Source of the DNA: Sulfurimonadaceae bacterium
Lineage (GTDB): Bacteria > Campylobacterota > Campylobacteria > Campylobacterales > Sulfurimonadaceae
Direction: 5' to 3'
DNA: 27,505 nucleotides
NCBI GenBank assembly: GCA_041548245.1
Contig: JBFESZ010000018.1
Location: 1-27,505 of the forward strand
Shown: positions 17,682 to 25,933 of the stretch, one piece after another
Numbering within the stretch: position 1 is the stretch's first letter
Layout of the letters: each line of letters begins with the position of its first letter
Position numbers and translations under genes: made by a program
Notes under the pieces: model-generated
Told to the model about the DNA's origin: nothing
The model's input: the letters and a program-made list of their open reading frames with translations, nothing else
Database searches by the model: none

Positions 17682-17807
17682 ATGAAGAGTATACTGTTTT
17701 CGATCCTTTTACTATCAGTATTGGGTGGGTGTGCTCAAAAGGGATTTGATCAGGGTTCATATGACCGACAAAACAAGGCAGCTGAGAAAAGTTTAGAGTC
17801 TCTTTGA
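17682..17807 (+). CDS. Small lipoprotein, 41 aa (below the ORF-track cutoff)
   Basis: MKSILFSILLLSVLGGCAQKGFDQGSYDRQNKAAEKSLESL; lipobox LGGC; SD AAGGA; extended -10 TGCTATACT at 17650-17658. Confidence 0.8.
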   Translation: MKSILFSILLLSVLGGCAQKGFDQGSYDRQNKAAEKSLESL

Positions 17808-17867
17808 ATCAATTTTCCGAAGTTTCTTTTGAAAACCAGGCAGCCGAGAAAAGTCTGTAGTCTTTTT
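17770..17867 (+). repeat. Degenerate 36-bp direct repeat (3' end of the small lipoprotein gene duplicated)
   Basis: 17770-17805 versus 17832-17867, 30/36 identical. Confidence 0.75.
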
Positions 17868-17923
17868 AGATTAATCTAGTACATATATAGAAAAAGGATT
17901 GGAAGGTTTACAACTCATCTGCT

Positions 17924-19819
17924 TTAGATATGAAATGAGATATTGCTCATTTGCACTGATGCTTTCATCTGATGATAGTACTCTTCAAACTCCTCTTGGC
18001 TTAAAGGTTGTGCAAAAAGATACCCCTGTAAAATATCGCAGCCATGCTCTTTTAAGAATTGAGCCTGCGATTGGGTTTCGACACCTTCGGCGACGACCTG
18101 CAGACCAAAAGATTTTGCCATGTTCAGGATAATGTTGACCATTTTGTTCTCACCCTTGTGCTGATTGATCTCATAAATGAAAGAGCGGTCGATCTTAAGT
18201 TCGTGTATAGGCATCTTCTGTAGATAACTTAAGGAAGAGTAGCCTGTACCGAAGTCATCCATGGAAAAACGTATACCTAATTCCGACAACTCATCAATAA
18301 TGGCGACAACCCTAGGGATGTCTTCGGCTGCAATAGTCTCTGTCATTTCGAAGATGATTTTGTTTTTTAATGCCTCCGTAAGATAGCGTTTGCACAGGAA
18401 TGTAACATCATCAACAAATTTAAAATAGAAGAGCTGACGCATACTGATATTGATCGAAAACTGTTTTAAATCTATACCTTCGTTGTCCCATTTTGCTAAT
18501 GTTTTAAAAGACTCTTCTAGAATGTAGTAGCCAAGTTCAATCATGAAACCTGTTTGTTCGGCAATTGTTATGAAGGTCTCAGGAGAGACTGAACCTAATT
18601 CTTTATTGTCCCAACGTACCAAGACTTCAGTACCGATGATCTCCTCTTGAATATTGACCTGGGGCTGATAGTTCAGGGATATCTCATTCTGTTCAAGAGC
18701 AAAATGAAGCTTTTGTTCTATGACCAAGTGTTTTTCAACACGTTTGGAAAGTTCGGTATTGAATAAGACTACACCGTCTCTGCCTTGTTCCTTGACCTCA
18801 TACATGGCGATATCAGCCTCTTTGATAAAAAGATTAGCATCAAGTTTCTTATCGGTGAGCAGACTGGCACCGATACTGGCACTGAGATAAAGGTGATGGT
18901 CGTTTACAATGTAGGTCTCTTTTAAAGCATCCAGAAGAGAGTGAGAGATAAGCATCGCATTGTCTAGACTTTCATCTTCGGAAGCAAACTCTTTTCCTAA
19001 AATAACAAACTCGTCTCCACCCAGACGAGCAATAGTGGCTGCTTCTCCGGAAATGTTTCTCAAGCGTAAAGCGACCTCTTGCAGGACTTTATCACCAATA
19101 TCATGGCCAAGGGTATCATTGATCGTCTTGAAATGATCAAGATCGATGAGCAGAAGGTAGGAAAACTTTTTTTCCCTTTCGAGGCCGTTGACTTTTTGCT
19201 GCAGTGTGTCAATAAAGGCATGGCGGTTGAAGAGTCCGGTAAGTTGGTCATGTGATGCTTGATAGTGTATTTTATGCAAGAGTCTATCCGAACTGTGGGC
19301 CCCATAAAAGAGAACACCTAAAAAGATCAGAGAAAAAAGAGTGAGAATATACCCATACAGTTCGTTGATCATAGCGAAGTAAATGGAAAGGGGAAGTATC
19401 AACATCAGCAATACGGGGCGTAATATATGTGAGGCAGGATATAGCAGTGTCGCTGCCACGACAGATGCCCCCAGCTGGGTGAAGATAGCGATATAGTGCA
19501 TGTTACTTTCATTTTCACCAGCGTATAAAATGAATATAAGAGTCCATGAAGTAAAGATAAGGAAATAGAAAAAAGAGAGTCTTTTATGCCAGCTCAGCAC
19601 TTCCGAACGGGTCATTTTCGCGTATTGGAACTCTTTATGCAACTGATATCCCCACGCAGAGAGCACAAGGATCAAAGCATACCAGAATAGAGCAGGGATG
19701 ATGATATTGTTAAGCCAGCCCAATAAGATATAGCCAAGCCCCGGAATAAGGCAGAGGCTGACCATAACAAGAATCTCTTTATGCAAGATCTTATAGATAT
19801 AATAATTTTGGTTTTTCAC
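17924..19819 (-). CDS. Multi-TM GGDEF-EAL diguanylate cyclase/phosphodiesterase
   Basis: N-terminal TM bundle; HDQLTGLFNR, DLDHFKTINDTLGH, intact GGDEF; EVL, DDFGTGYSS, LKIDRSF, VAEGVE, LQGY. GTG at 19819 chosen because TGCTATAAT (19859-19851) lies inside the longer ORF call. Confidence 0.92.
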   Translation of the reverse strand: MKNQNYYIYKILHKEILVMVSLCLIPGLGYILLGWLNNIIIPALFWYALILVLSAWGYQLHKEFQYAKMTRSEVLSWHKRLSFFYFLIFTSWTLIFILYAGENESNMHYIAIFTQLGASVVAATLLYPASHILRPVLLMLILPLSIYFAMINELYGYILTLFSLIFLGVLFYGAHSSDRLLHKIHYQASHDQLTGLFNRHAFIDTLQQKVNGLEREKKFSYLLLIDLDHFKTINDTLGHDIGDKVLQEVALRLRNISGEAATIARLGGDEFVILGKEFASEDESLDNAMLISHSLLDALKETYIVNDHHLYLSASIGASLLTDKKLDANLFIKEADIAMYEVKEQGRDGVVLFNTELSKRVEKHLVIEQKLHFALEQNEISLNYQPQVNIQEEIIGTEVLVRWDNKELGSVSPETFITIAEQTGFMIELGYYILEESFKTLAKWDNEGIDLKQFSINISMRQLFYFKFVDDVTFLCKRYLTEALKNKIIFEMTETIAAEDIPRVVAIIDELSELGIRFSMDDFGTGYSSLSYLQKMPIHELKIDRSFIYEINQHKGENKMVNIILNMAKSFGLQVVAEGVETQSQAQFLKEHGCDILQGYLFAQPLSQEEFEEYYHQMKASVQMSNISFHI

Positions 19820-19984
19820 AGTATGCTTTACCCTTTTCTCTGTTAGAACAATTATAGCAGACAAGCCTGAGCTCAATGATTAAAGTTGGGAAGCGTAGGC
19901 GGTTAATAAGAGTGATAATATTATACGGTAATATGTTTGAGTAAGAGTATCGATCGTGAAGCTGCCTACATATAGAGGCTGTTT

Positions 19985-21019
19985 TTAATCTTTACTCTCT
20001 TGTCTTTTGTAGGCTGATTTGTCTTTTGCAAACTGTTGCATGTCCGTTACCGTGTCTGCCTCATCAACAATCTCAACACCAAGCAGTGTCTCGATAGCAT
20101 CTTCAAGGGTCACGATCCCGACGTACTGGTCATAATTGTCATGGACGACAAAAAGATGCTCTTTGCGTTTAATGAATTTATCCATCAGATAAAACACAGG
20201 CAGATTTTCAGAGACTCGATAAACAGGTCTCATTATGGTATTTAGAGGTTTATGGTCTTCTTCATCCAGCGAGGTCGAACGCAAGATATTACGCGAGAAA
20301 ACCATCCCTACAATGTTTTGATTCGAAGCTTCATACAGAGGGATACGTGAATAGGTGAAGATGTCTTTTTCTTCAAGCGCTGATTCTATTGACTCTTCGG
20401 CATCCAGAGAAAAGACAACTGAACGAGGTGTCAAGATGTCTTTTACACGTACCTGTTTGAGTTGAAGAAGGTTTTGAATAAGTCGCTCCTCTTTCTCTTC
20501 CAAAATACCGTGTTCTCCTCCTATGCCTGCCATGGCAGAGATCTCTTCACGGGTTGGACCATGTCGTTTGTTTTTTTGGATACGTTTGGTTATTTGGCTG
20601 GAGACCCAGATAAAAGGGAAAAGGAGTTTTACTAAAACTGAGATGATGATCGCAGCAGGCTTGGCCAGCTCTCTCCAGTAAGTCGCTCCAATAGTCTTGG
20701 GAATAATTTCTGAAAAATATAGGATCAACAAAGTCAAGATAATTGCAACCACACTTTGCCATTGCGGTCCAAAAATTTTAAGTGCCTGGGCACCCACACC
20801 GGCTGCACCCATCGTATGTGCTATCGTATTGAGAATCAATATGGAAGAGATCGCATTGTCAAGGTTGCTTTTAAGCGTTTTAAGACGTTTTTTGTGAATG
20901 GAGTCTTCAGGAATTGAGCCGATAAAAGAAGGTGTTATAGAGAGTAAAACAGCTTCCAGAACAGAACATAAAAATGATATAAAAAGAGCGATGAAAAGAT
21001 AAAAAAGAAGTAAACCCAT
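19985..21019 (-). CDS. CNNM/DUF21 plus CBS-pair membrane protein (CorB/hemolysin-like Mg/Co homeostasis family)
   Basis: SFLCSVLEA, ILILNTIAHTMGA, FSEIIPKTIG, TPR, YSRIPLY, GIVTLEDAIETLLGVEIVDE. Confidence 0.92.
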   Translation of the reverse strand: MGLLLFYLFIALFISFLCSVLEAVLLSITPSFIGSIPEDSIHKKRLKTLKSNLDNAISSILILNTIAHTMGAAGVGAQALKIFGPQWQSVVAIILTLLILYFSEIIPKTIGATYWRELAKPAAIIISVLVKLLFPFIWVSSQITKRIQKNKRHGPTREEISAMAGIGGEHGILEEKEERLIQNLLQLKQVRVKDILTPRSVVFSLDAEESIESALEEKDIFTYSRIPLYEASNQNIVGMVFSRNILRSTSLDEEDHKPLNTIMRPVYRVSENLPVFYLMDKFIKRKEHLFVVHDNYDQYVGIVTLEDAIETLLGVEIVDEADTVTDMQQFAKDKSAYKRQESKD

Positions 21020-21218
21020 TAGGCTACCGTACTTAAAGTTAAGTTATATAACGAGGGGTCCATTTAAAGGTAAAGTCCTTGATAGTTTAAAATTTTGAGG
21101 TATTATACACTTTTTATGTAAATAGTGAAAATTTATATTGTAATTAGATGAAAAATTTAATCTCTGGTTTTAGCGCTTTTAGATAAAAATAGAAAAAAAT
21201 TTATAAAGGTTGTTAACT

Positions 21219-21740
21219 ATGCAAACGGCAATTTTAGGTGGTGGATGTTTTTGGTGTATTGAAGCAGTCTACTCCCGTGCTAAAGGTGTGAACTCAGCGA
21301 TCAGTGGATATGCAGGCGGAGAAACTCCTAATCCTACATATAAAGAGATATGTACCGGTATGACAGGGCATGCGGAAGTCGTAAAGGTGATGTTTGATGA
21401 GAATATTATCTCCTATGAGGATATACTCGATATATTTTTTGAGATACATGACCCAACCTCGCTTAATCGTCAGGGCGCGGATGTCGGAACGCAGTATCGT
21501 TCGGTTATTTACTACCTGGATGATGAACAGCGTGATGCAGCTGAAGCCAAAATTATAGAGTTACAAAAAAGGCTTTCATCACCCGTTGTGACAGAACTGA
21601 GTGCTGCCCCTGAGTTCTTTGAAGCAGAAGGGTATCATCAGGACTATTTGACACATAATTCAAATCAGGGATATTGTCAAGCAGTGGTGGCACCAAAGGT
21701 TCAGAAGTTTATGATGAAGTTCAGAGAGTTTATACGTTAA
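21219..21740 (+). CDS. msrA: Peptide-methionine (S)-S-oxide reductase
   Basis: GGGCFWC, GYAGG, TGHAEVV, HDPT, RQGADVGTQYRS, AEGYHQDY; ATG at 21219. Confidence 0.97.
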   Translation: MQTAILGGGCFWCIEAVYSRAKGVNSAISGYAGGETPNPTYKEICTGMTGHAEVVKVMFDENIISYEDILDIFFEIHDPTSLNRQGADVGTQYRSVIYYLDDEQRDAAEAKIIELQKRLSSPVVTELSAAPEFFEAEGYHQDYLTHNSNQGYCQAVVAPKVQKFMMKFREFIR

Positions 21741-21753
21741 GTAATTAGAGATT

Positions 21754-21780
21754 AAAAGGCAAATGATCGTTCATTTGCTT
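21754..21780. terminator. Hairpin downstream of msrA, usable in both directions
   Basis: GCAAATGA-TCGT-TCATTTGC (21759-21778); on the minus strand it is followed by CTTTT. Confidence 0.55.
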
Positions 21781-21885
21781 CATTTCCTGAAATTGCTTTT
21801 ATTTTCATTTTTCTTTCAATACATTTTGTGATTTTTTAAGGACACTTCTCAATTATGCTTTTAGTTTAAATTCAATATGGATTTG

Positions 21886-22046
21886 AGTCAAAGAGAGGAA
21901 GGAGTGTTATTTCAAAGTTTATGGTTTTAAAAGATAAGTTTTACCTACACTGAGGGGAATATAGGTAAAATGGATGTAAAATGTATAAGAGCGATCAAAG
22001 GCTAGGGGAACTTTGATCGAAAATCGTTTGTTTTCTCTTTGACTTC
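21886..22046 (-). ncRNA. Candidate structured sRNA with two UUCCCCU loops (RepG/CJnc190-like architecture)
   Basis: TATAAT at 22059-22054; 11-bp closing stem 22034-22044/21886-21896; two 9-bp hairpins (21939-21970, 21992-22019) with the identical loop motif. Confidence 0.55.
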
Positions 22047-22110
22047 GATGAAAATTATAGATGGTTGATGTGTGATAAATGTGTGAAGTGGAATAAAGAT
22101 ATAATTAAAT

Positions 22111-22722
22111 ATGAATAAAACAAAAGAGATTATTATTGTTGCAGATCCTATGTGCTCTTGGTGCTGGGGATTTGAGCCTGTGATCGAATCTTTGATCAAG
22201 GAATTGCCTGAGGGAGTGAAGCTGTCTCTTCTGATGGGCGGGCTTAGATCCAAGGGAGATCAAGTGTGGGATGATGCGTTTAAATCACATCTGGCCCAAC
22301 ATTGGATAAGTGTTGAAAGAAAGAGTGCTCAGCGTTTCAATATGGAGTTCTTAAAGCGCGAAAGCTTTGACTACGATACAGAACCATCATGTCGGGCTGT
22401 TGTCACAGTAAGAAAAATAGACGAGACTAAGCAGTTCTCTTTTTTTCATGCCATTCAGAAAGCTTTTTATCTGGAGGCTAAAGACATTACCCAAGAACAG
22501 GTTCTTGCAGAGATTTCGGAACAGGAAGGTATTGATAAAGAAGTGTTTTTGAGTCTTTATAGAAGTCAAGCAATGATAGAGAAGACCCAGTCCGATAAAT
22601 ACAAAGCGCGTTCGATGGGCGCTAATGCCTTTCCCTCTTTAGTCTTTATCGATGAGGAGGGGCATCTGTGTGTAATGAAAGGGTACCGATCATACGAAGA
22701 ACTCAGCCGTTTACTCGCCTAA
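22111..22722 (+). CDS. Cytoplasmic DsbA/FrnE-family thioredoxin-fold protein
   Basis: DPMCSWCWGF, YDTEPSCRAV, GANAFPSL; no signal peptide. Confidence 0.88.
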   Translation: MNKTKEIIIVADPMCSWCWGFEPVIESLIKELPEGVKLSLLMGGLRSKGDQVWDDAFKSHLAQHWISVERKSAQRFNMEFLKRESFDYDTEPSCRAVVTVRKIDETKQFSFFHAIQKAFYLEAKDITQEQVLAEISEQEGIDKEVFLSLYRSQAMIEKTQSDKYKARSMGANAFPSLVFIDEEGHLCVMKGYRSYEELSRLLA

Positions 22723-22737
22723 GAAGGATTTGATACT

Positions 22738-23412
22738 TTACTGGATGGTATATCCAACACCGCGGACAGTTTTGATGTAATTATTTGTTGTAATAGTATT
22801 GATTTTTTCTTTCAGGCGCTTGATAGCGACATTGACCGTACGTTTTTGTGTCGAGTTTTCTGACTTCCATACGTTTGTGAGTAGAAAATCGCGATCTAGT
22901 ACGGAACCCTGATTCTCTATAAAGGTACGCAATAGGTTAAACTCAAGTTTTGTAAGTTCCATAGGTCGGTCTTTTATGAAGACAATACGCTGATTGATAT
23001 CCAGTGTTATCTCTTTATACGAAAGCGTCCTTTTGTTGATATGGCTCTTAGTACGTTTCAAGATAGCACTTATACGTAGCAGGAGCTCTTTTATCTCAAA
23101 GGGTTTGGTCATATAGTCATCCCCTCCGCACATAAAACCCTCTTGGATATCCTCTTTTGTATTTTTGGCAGAGAGAAACATCACCGGTGTCTGCATCCCT
23201 TTGTCACGTAATAAAGATATATAGGCACTCCCTTCCACACCGGGTAGGTTTCGATCCATGATAATAAGGTCTACAGGCTCTGTCTCCAGTGTCTTGTTCA
23301 AGAGTTTTGTGTTAACAAGACTCACTGTCTCATAGCCTTCTTTTTGCAGTCTGTGTTCAAGAAGTTCAAGAAGATCAAGGTCATCTTCTACAATTAAAAT
23401 TAATGCTTTCAT
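22738..23412 (-). CDS. OmpR/PhoB-family response regulator resembling Campylobacterota PhosR
   Basis: IVEDD, phospho-acceptor in IIMDRNLPGVEGS, SAK, TKPF; winged helix LTKLEFNLL...RTVNVAIKRLKEKI...IKTVRGVGY. ATG 23412 preferred; 23424 possible. Confidence 0.9.
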   Translation of the reverse strand: MKALILIVEDDLDLLELLEHRLQKEGYETVSLVNTKLLNKTLETEPVDLIIMDRNLPGVEGSAYISLLRDKGMQTPVMFLSAKNTKEDIQEGFMCGGDDYMTKPFEIKELLLRISAILKRTKSHINKRTLSYKEITLDINQRIVFIKDRPMELTKLEFNLLRTFIENQGSVLDRDFLLTNVWKSENSTQKRTVNVAIKRLKEKINTITTNNYIKTVRGVGYTIQ

Positions 23413-23419
23413 AGTCAGT

Positions 23420-23451
23420 ATCATAAGGTCTTAAAATTTCAATTAGATTAC
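23420..23451 (-). promoter_or_regulatory. Putative pho box plus -10 of the regulator gene
   Basis: Minus strand GTAAT (23451) and GAAAT (23440) 11 nt apart, then TATGAT starting 15 nt after the last G. Confidence 0.5.
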
Positions 23452-23528
23452 AACTACCATTTAACATAGCAAGCTATATATTTTTTTTAATGAATAGCAC
23501 TTTATATGAAAATGTAGCCAAAATATTT

Positions 23529-23583
23529 TGTTACCAAAATGTCATCAAGTTGAGATGAAGCAGTAATTAAATCACATTACACT
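23529..23583 (+). promoter_or_regulatory. Tandem pho-box-like repeats plus -10 for the lipoprotein gene
   Basis: GTTAC (23530), GTCAT (23541), GAGAT (23552), GTAAT (23563) with 11-nt period; -10 TACACT at 23578. Confidence 0.7.
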
Positions 23584-23617
23584 TTCGGAACTTTTTTATA
23601 ATTCAAGGGAGATTCAA

Positions 23618-25018
23618 ATGAAAATGAATCAAAAACTTATTTTTGGTGTCCTAACTGCAGGTTCAATCCTGTTCACAGGTTGTGGTGGTTCAGTAGCATC
23701 GGGTGGTGGTACAGTTGTAACGACAAGTTCAAGCTCAAGTAGCGGTAATTGTCCTGCTCAGACAACGTATTTAAGTGCTGAAACAACTATTCTTGGGAAA
23801 GAGGTATGTCAACTTAATGCAAATATTCTTAGTGATCTTATATTGACGAATGACAAGATCTGGTCATTGGGTGATGCCTTGGTAAGAATCGGTGATGATG
23901 CGACAAACAATCCGACATTGACAATACAATCAGGTACGACTCTATATGGTAAAGTCGGTGGAGCACTTGTTGTGCAACGTGGTGCAAAAATTCAGGCTAT
24001 CGGTACGGCATCAGCTCCAATTATTATGACAGGTGAGGCAGACCTTATGCTAGGATCAACTAGCCGTGGACAATGGGCTGGTGTTGTTATCGCTGGTAAA
24101 GCTCCTAACAACAACCCTACAACAGAAGTCGCTTTTGAGTTTGATGCAACGATCTTACATGGTGGAACAGATACTGCAGACAGTTCAGGGGCGATGAAAT
24201 ATGTTGTTGTTAAACATGCAGGACAACCTATTCAAGCAGACCAAGAGTTTAATACAATTACTTTAGGAAGTGTTGGTTCGGGTACGACTATTGATTATGT
24301 TGAAGCCTATAATGGTAAAGATGATGGTATCGAGCTTTTTGGTGGAAATGTTAATATGAGCCACCTTGTTCTTATTGGTAACGATGACGATCAGCTTGAC
24401 ACGGATGAAGGTTATAACGGTTATGTTCAATATGTATATGCTGAGACAACAACTTCAGGTGAAAAAGACCCGTCAGCTTTCGAGTTCTCAAACACGAACA
24501 GTGCTCTTTACGGTGGTGCTGGAACGACTGCGTATTTTGCAGAGCCTAAGGTGGCAAACTTCACTATCGTAGGAGCGCCTTTGGCTAATATGAATGCAAA
24601 CAGCAGTTTCAAATATTACAATGGTATCCGTACAAAAGATGAGACATACGCTAAGTTTGTCAATGGTGAGATTTCTGGTTTTTCAGGTATTGAAGCAGAT
24701 CCGAACTCTGGTATGTGGCGTCATCAAAATGATGGTGTAGGTCAAGTAACAGATGTTACAATGGATGGTATGTTCCTAGATGCTAGTGGTGATTATGAAC
24801 TTGCTTTTGCAACAGCGAAAGATGCGAATGCTACTGAGTTTTATGCAGCAGGATCAGGTAACTCTTATGGCGATGTTGCTGTTCCAACAGCAACACCTGC
24901 AGCAGATGAGCAAGCTATTCTTGGCGGTACATTTATTCAGACAAATGGAACAATCGGTGCTGGTCATGCGACATGGGCAACTGGTTGGGCTGTTAAAGCT
25001 GACGGGACTAACTTCTAA
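23618..25018 (+). CDS. Large surface lipoprotein, probable beta-helix fold, of the type found with phosphate-starvation TonB systems
   Basis: Lipobox FTGC (Cys22), Gly/Ser linker, LTIQSGT, GQWAGVVIAGKAP, DDGIELFGG, DDDQLDTDEG, Trp-containing C-terminus. Confidence 0.8.
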   Translation: MKMNQKLIFGVLTAGSILFTGCGGSVASGGGTVVTTSSSSSSGNCPAQTTYLSAETTILGKEVCQLNANILSDLILTNDKIWSLGDALVRIGDDATNNPTLTIQSGTTLYGKVGGALVVQRGAKIQAIGTASAPIIMTGEADLMLGSTSRGQWAGVVIAGKAPNNNPTTEVAFEFDATILHGGTDTADSSGAMKYVVVKHAGQPIQADQEFNTITLGSVGSGTTIDYVEAYNGKDDGIELFGGNVNMSHLVLIGNDDDQLDTDEGYNGYVQYVYAETTTSGEKDPSAFEFSNTNSALYGGAGTTAYFAEPKVANFTIVGAPLANMNANSSFKYYNGIRTKDETYAKFVNGEISGFSGIEADPNSGMWRHQNDGVGQVTDVTMDGMFLDASGDYELAFATAKDANATEFYAAGSGNSYGDVAVPTATPAADEQAILGGTFIQTNGTIGAGHATWATGWAVKADGTNF

Positions 25019-25031
25019 GACCTTCTCTTTC

Positions 25032-25057
25032 AGGCATCCCTATGAGGATGCCTTTTT
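25032..25057 (+). terminator. Rho-independent terminator
   Basis: AGGCATCC-CTATGA-GGATGCCT followed by TTTT. Confidence 0.85.
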
Positions 25058-25090
25058 CTACTTTTTTCTACTCTTGATTTTTGTACCAAA

Positions 25091-25145
25091 TGTAACCAAA
25101 ATGTTACCTATGAGTAATATTGAAGTAATGACAATTATTTAAACT
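25091..25145 (+). promoter_or_regulatory. Tandem pho-box-like repeats plus -10 for the DUF3450/ExbB operon
   Basis: GTAAC (25092), GTTAC (25103), GTAAT (25114), GTAAT (25125) with 11-nt period; -10 TAAACT at 25140. Confidence 0.75.
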
Positions 25146-25174
25146 TTCAACATCTAAAACTAAACGGGGATCGC

Positions 25175-25933
25175 ATGTCGAAAACAATGCTAAGCATAGC
25201 GGTTGTAACACTTCTTAGTACAACAACACTATTCGCTTCTTCAGAAAATATGGCTGAGTCATTAATGAAACTTCGCGCAGACGTAGAGCAGCTTGATGCT
25301 TCTATTAATGATGAGAAAGATACATACAAAGCAGGGATGAGCTCACTGCTTCGTCAAAAAAATGACCTTGAATCAGTAGTAGCAAGAGAAGACTTGAACA
25401 TCAAGCAACTTGAACGTGAACTTGACAAGGTACGTGCAGAGATCAAAGAAGCAGGTAAAAACACAGAGGGGCTTAAGCCTATCGTGTTTAAAGCCATTGA
25501 TATGTTGGAAGGGAGCATCAAAGCTTCTTTGCCTTTCAAAACAGCAGATAGAATCGCTGATATTGAGAAGATTAAATCACAGCTAGAAAACAACCTTATC
25601 ACAGGACAAAAAGCTTTGGCATTGACATGGAACGCTTATGGTGATGCTATCCGTATGAGTAAAGAGAACGGTCTTTTCAAACAGACAATCAGCATTAATG
25701 GACAAGACCGTCTAGCCGAAGTCGCTCGTATCGGAACGGTGGCAATGTATTTTAAACTTCCTGACAATACTGTAGGTCATGTGACTAAAGATACTAATGG
25801 CTGGTATTATAAAGAGGCTGTGTCTAAAAAAGAGCAAGAGCAGATCTTGGCACTTTTTGATTCATTCAAAAAACAAATTCGTTCTGGGTACTTCACACTG
25901 CCTAATGCGATTGTAATGGCGGAGAGTAAATAA
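25175..25933 (+). CDS. DUF3450-family periplasmic coiled-coil protein (TtpB-like)
   Basis: Signal peptide, coiled coil, SLPFKTADR, RIGTVAMYF, terminal LP motif; first gene of an exbB operon. Confidence 0.8.
   Translation: MSKTMLSIAVVTLLSTTTLFASSENMAESLMKLRADVEQLDASINDEKDTYKAGMSSLLRQKNDLESVVAREDLNIKQLERELDKVRAEIKEAGKNTEGLKPIVFKAIDMLEGSIKASLPFKTADRIADIEKIKSQLENNLITGQKALALTWNAYGDAIRMSKENGLFKQTISINGQDRLAEVARIGTVAMYFKLPDNTVGHVTKDTNGWYYKEAVSKKEQEQILALFDSFKKQIRSGYFTLPNAIVMAESK

Noticed and set aside
17770-17867. CRISPR mini-array (36-bp repeats, 26-bp spacer)
   Set aside because: Only two diverged copies, one of them protein-coding, and no cas genes.
21877-22253. Short peptides in the msrA-DsbA gap (MDLSQREEGVLFQSLWF, MVLKDKFYLH) as type I toxins, and ORF 22002..22253
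   Set aside because: No hydrophobic or cationic toxin-like helix and poor SD spacing; the 83-aa ORF is mostly antisense to the DsbA-family gene.
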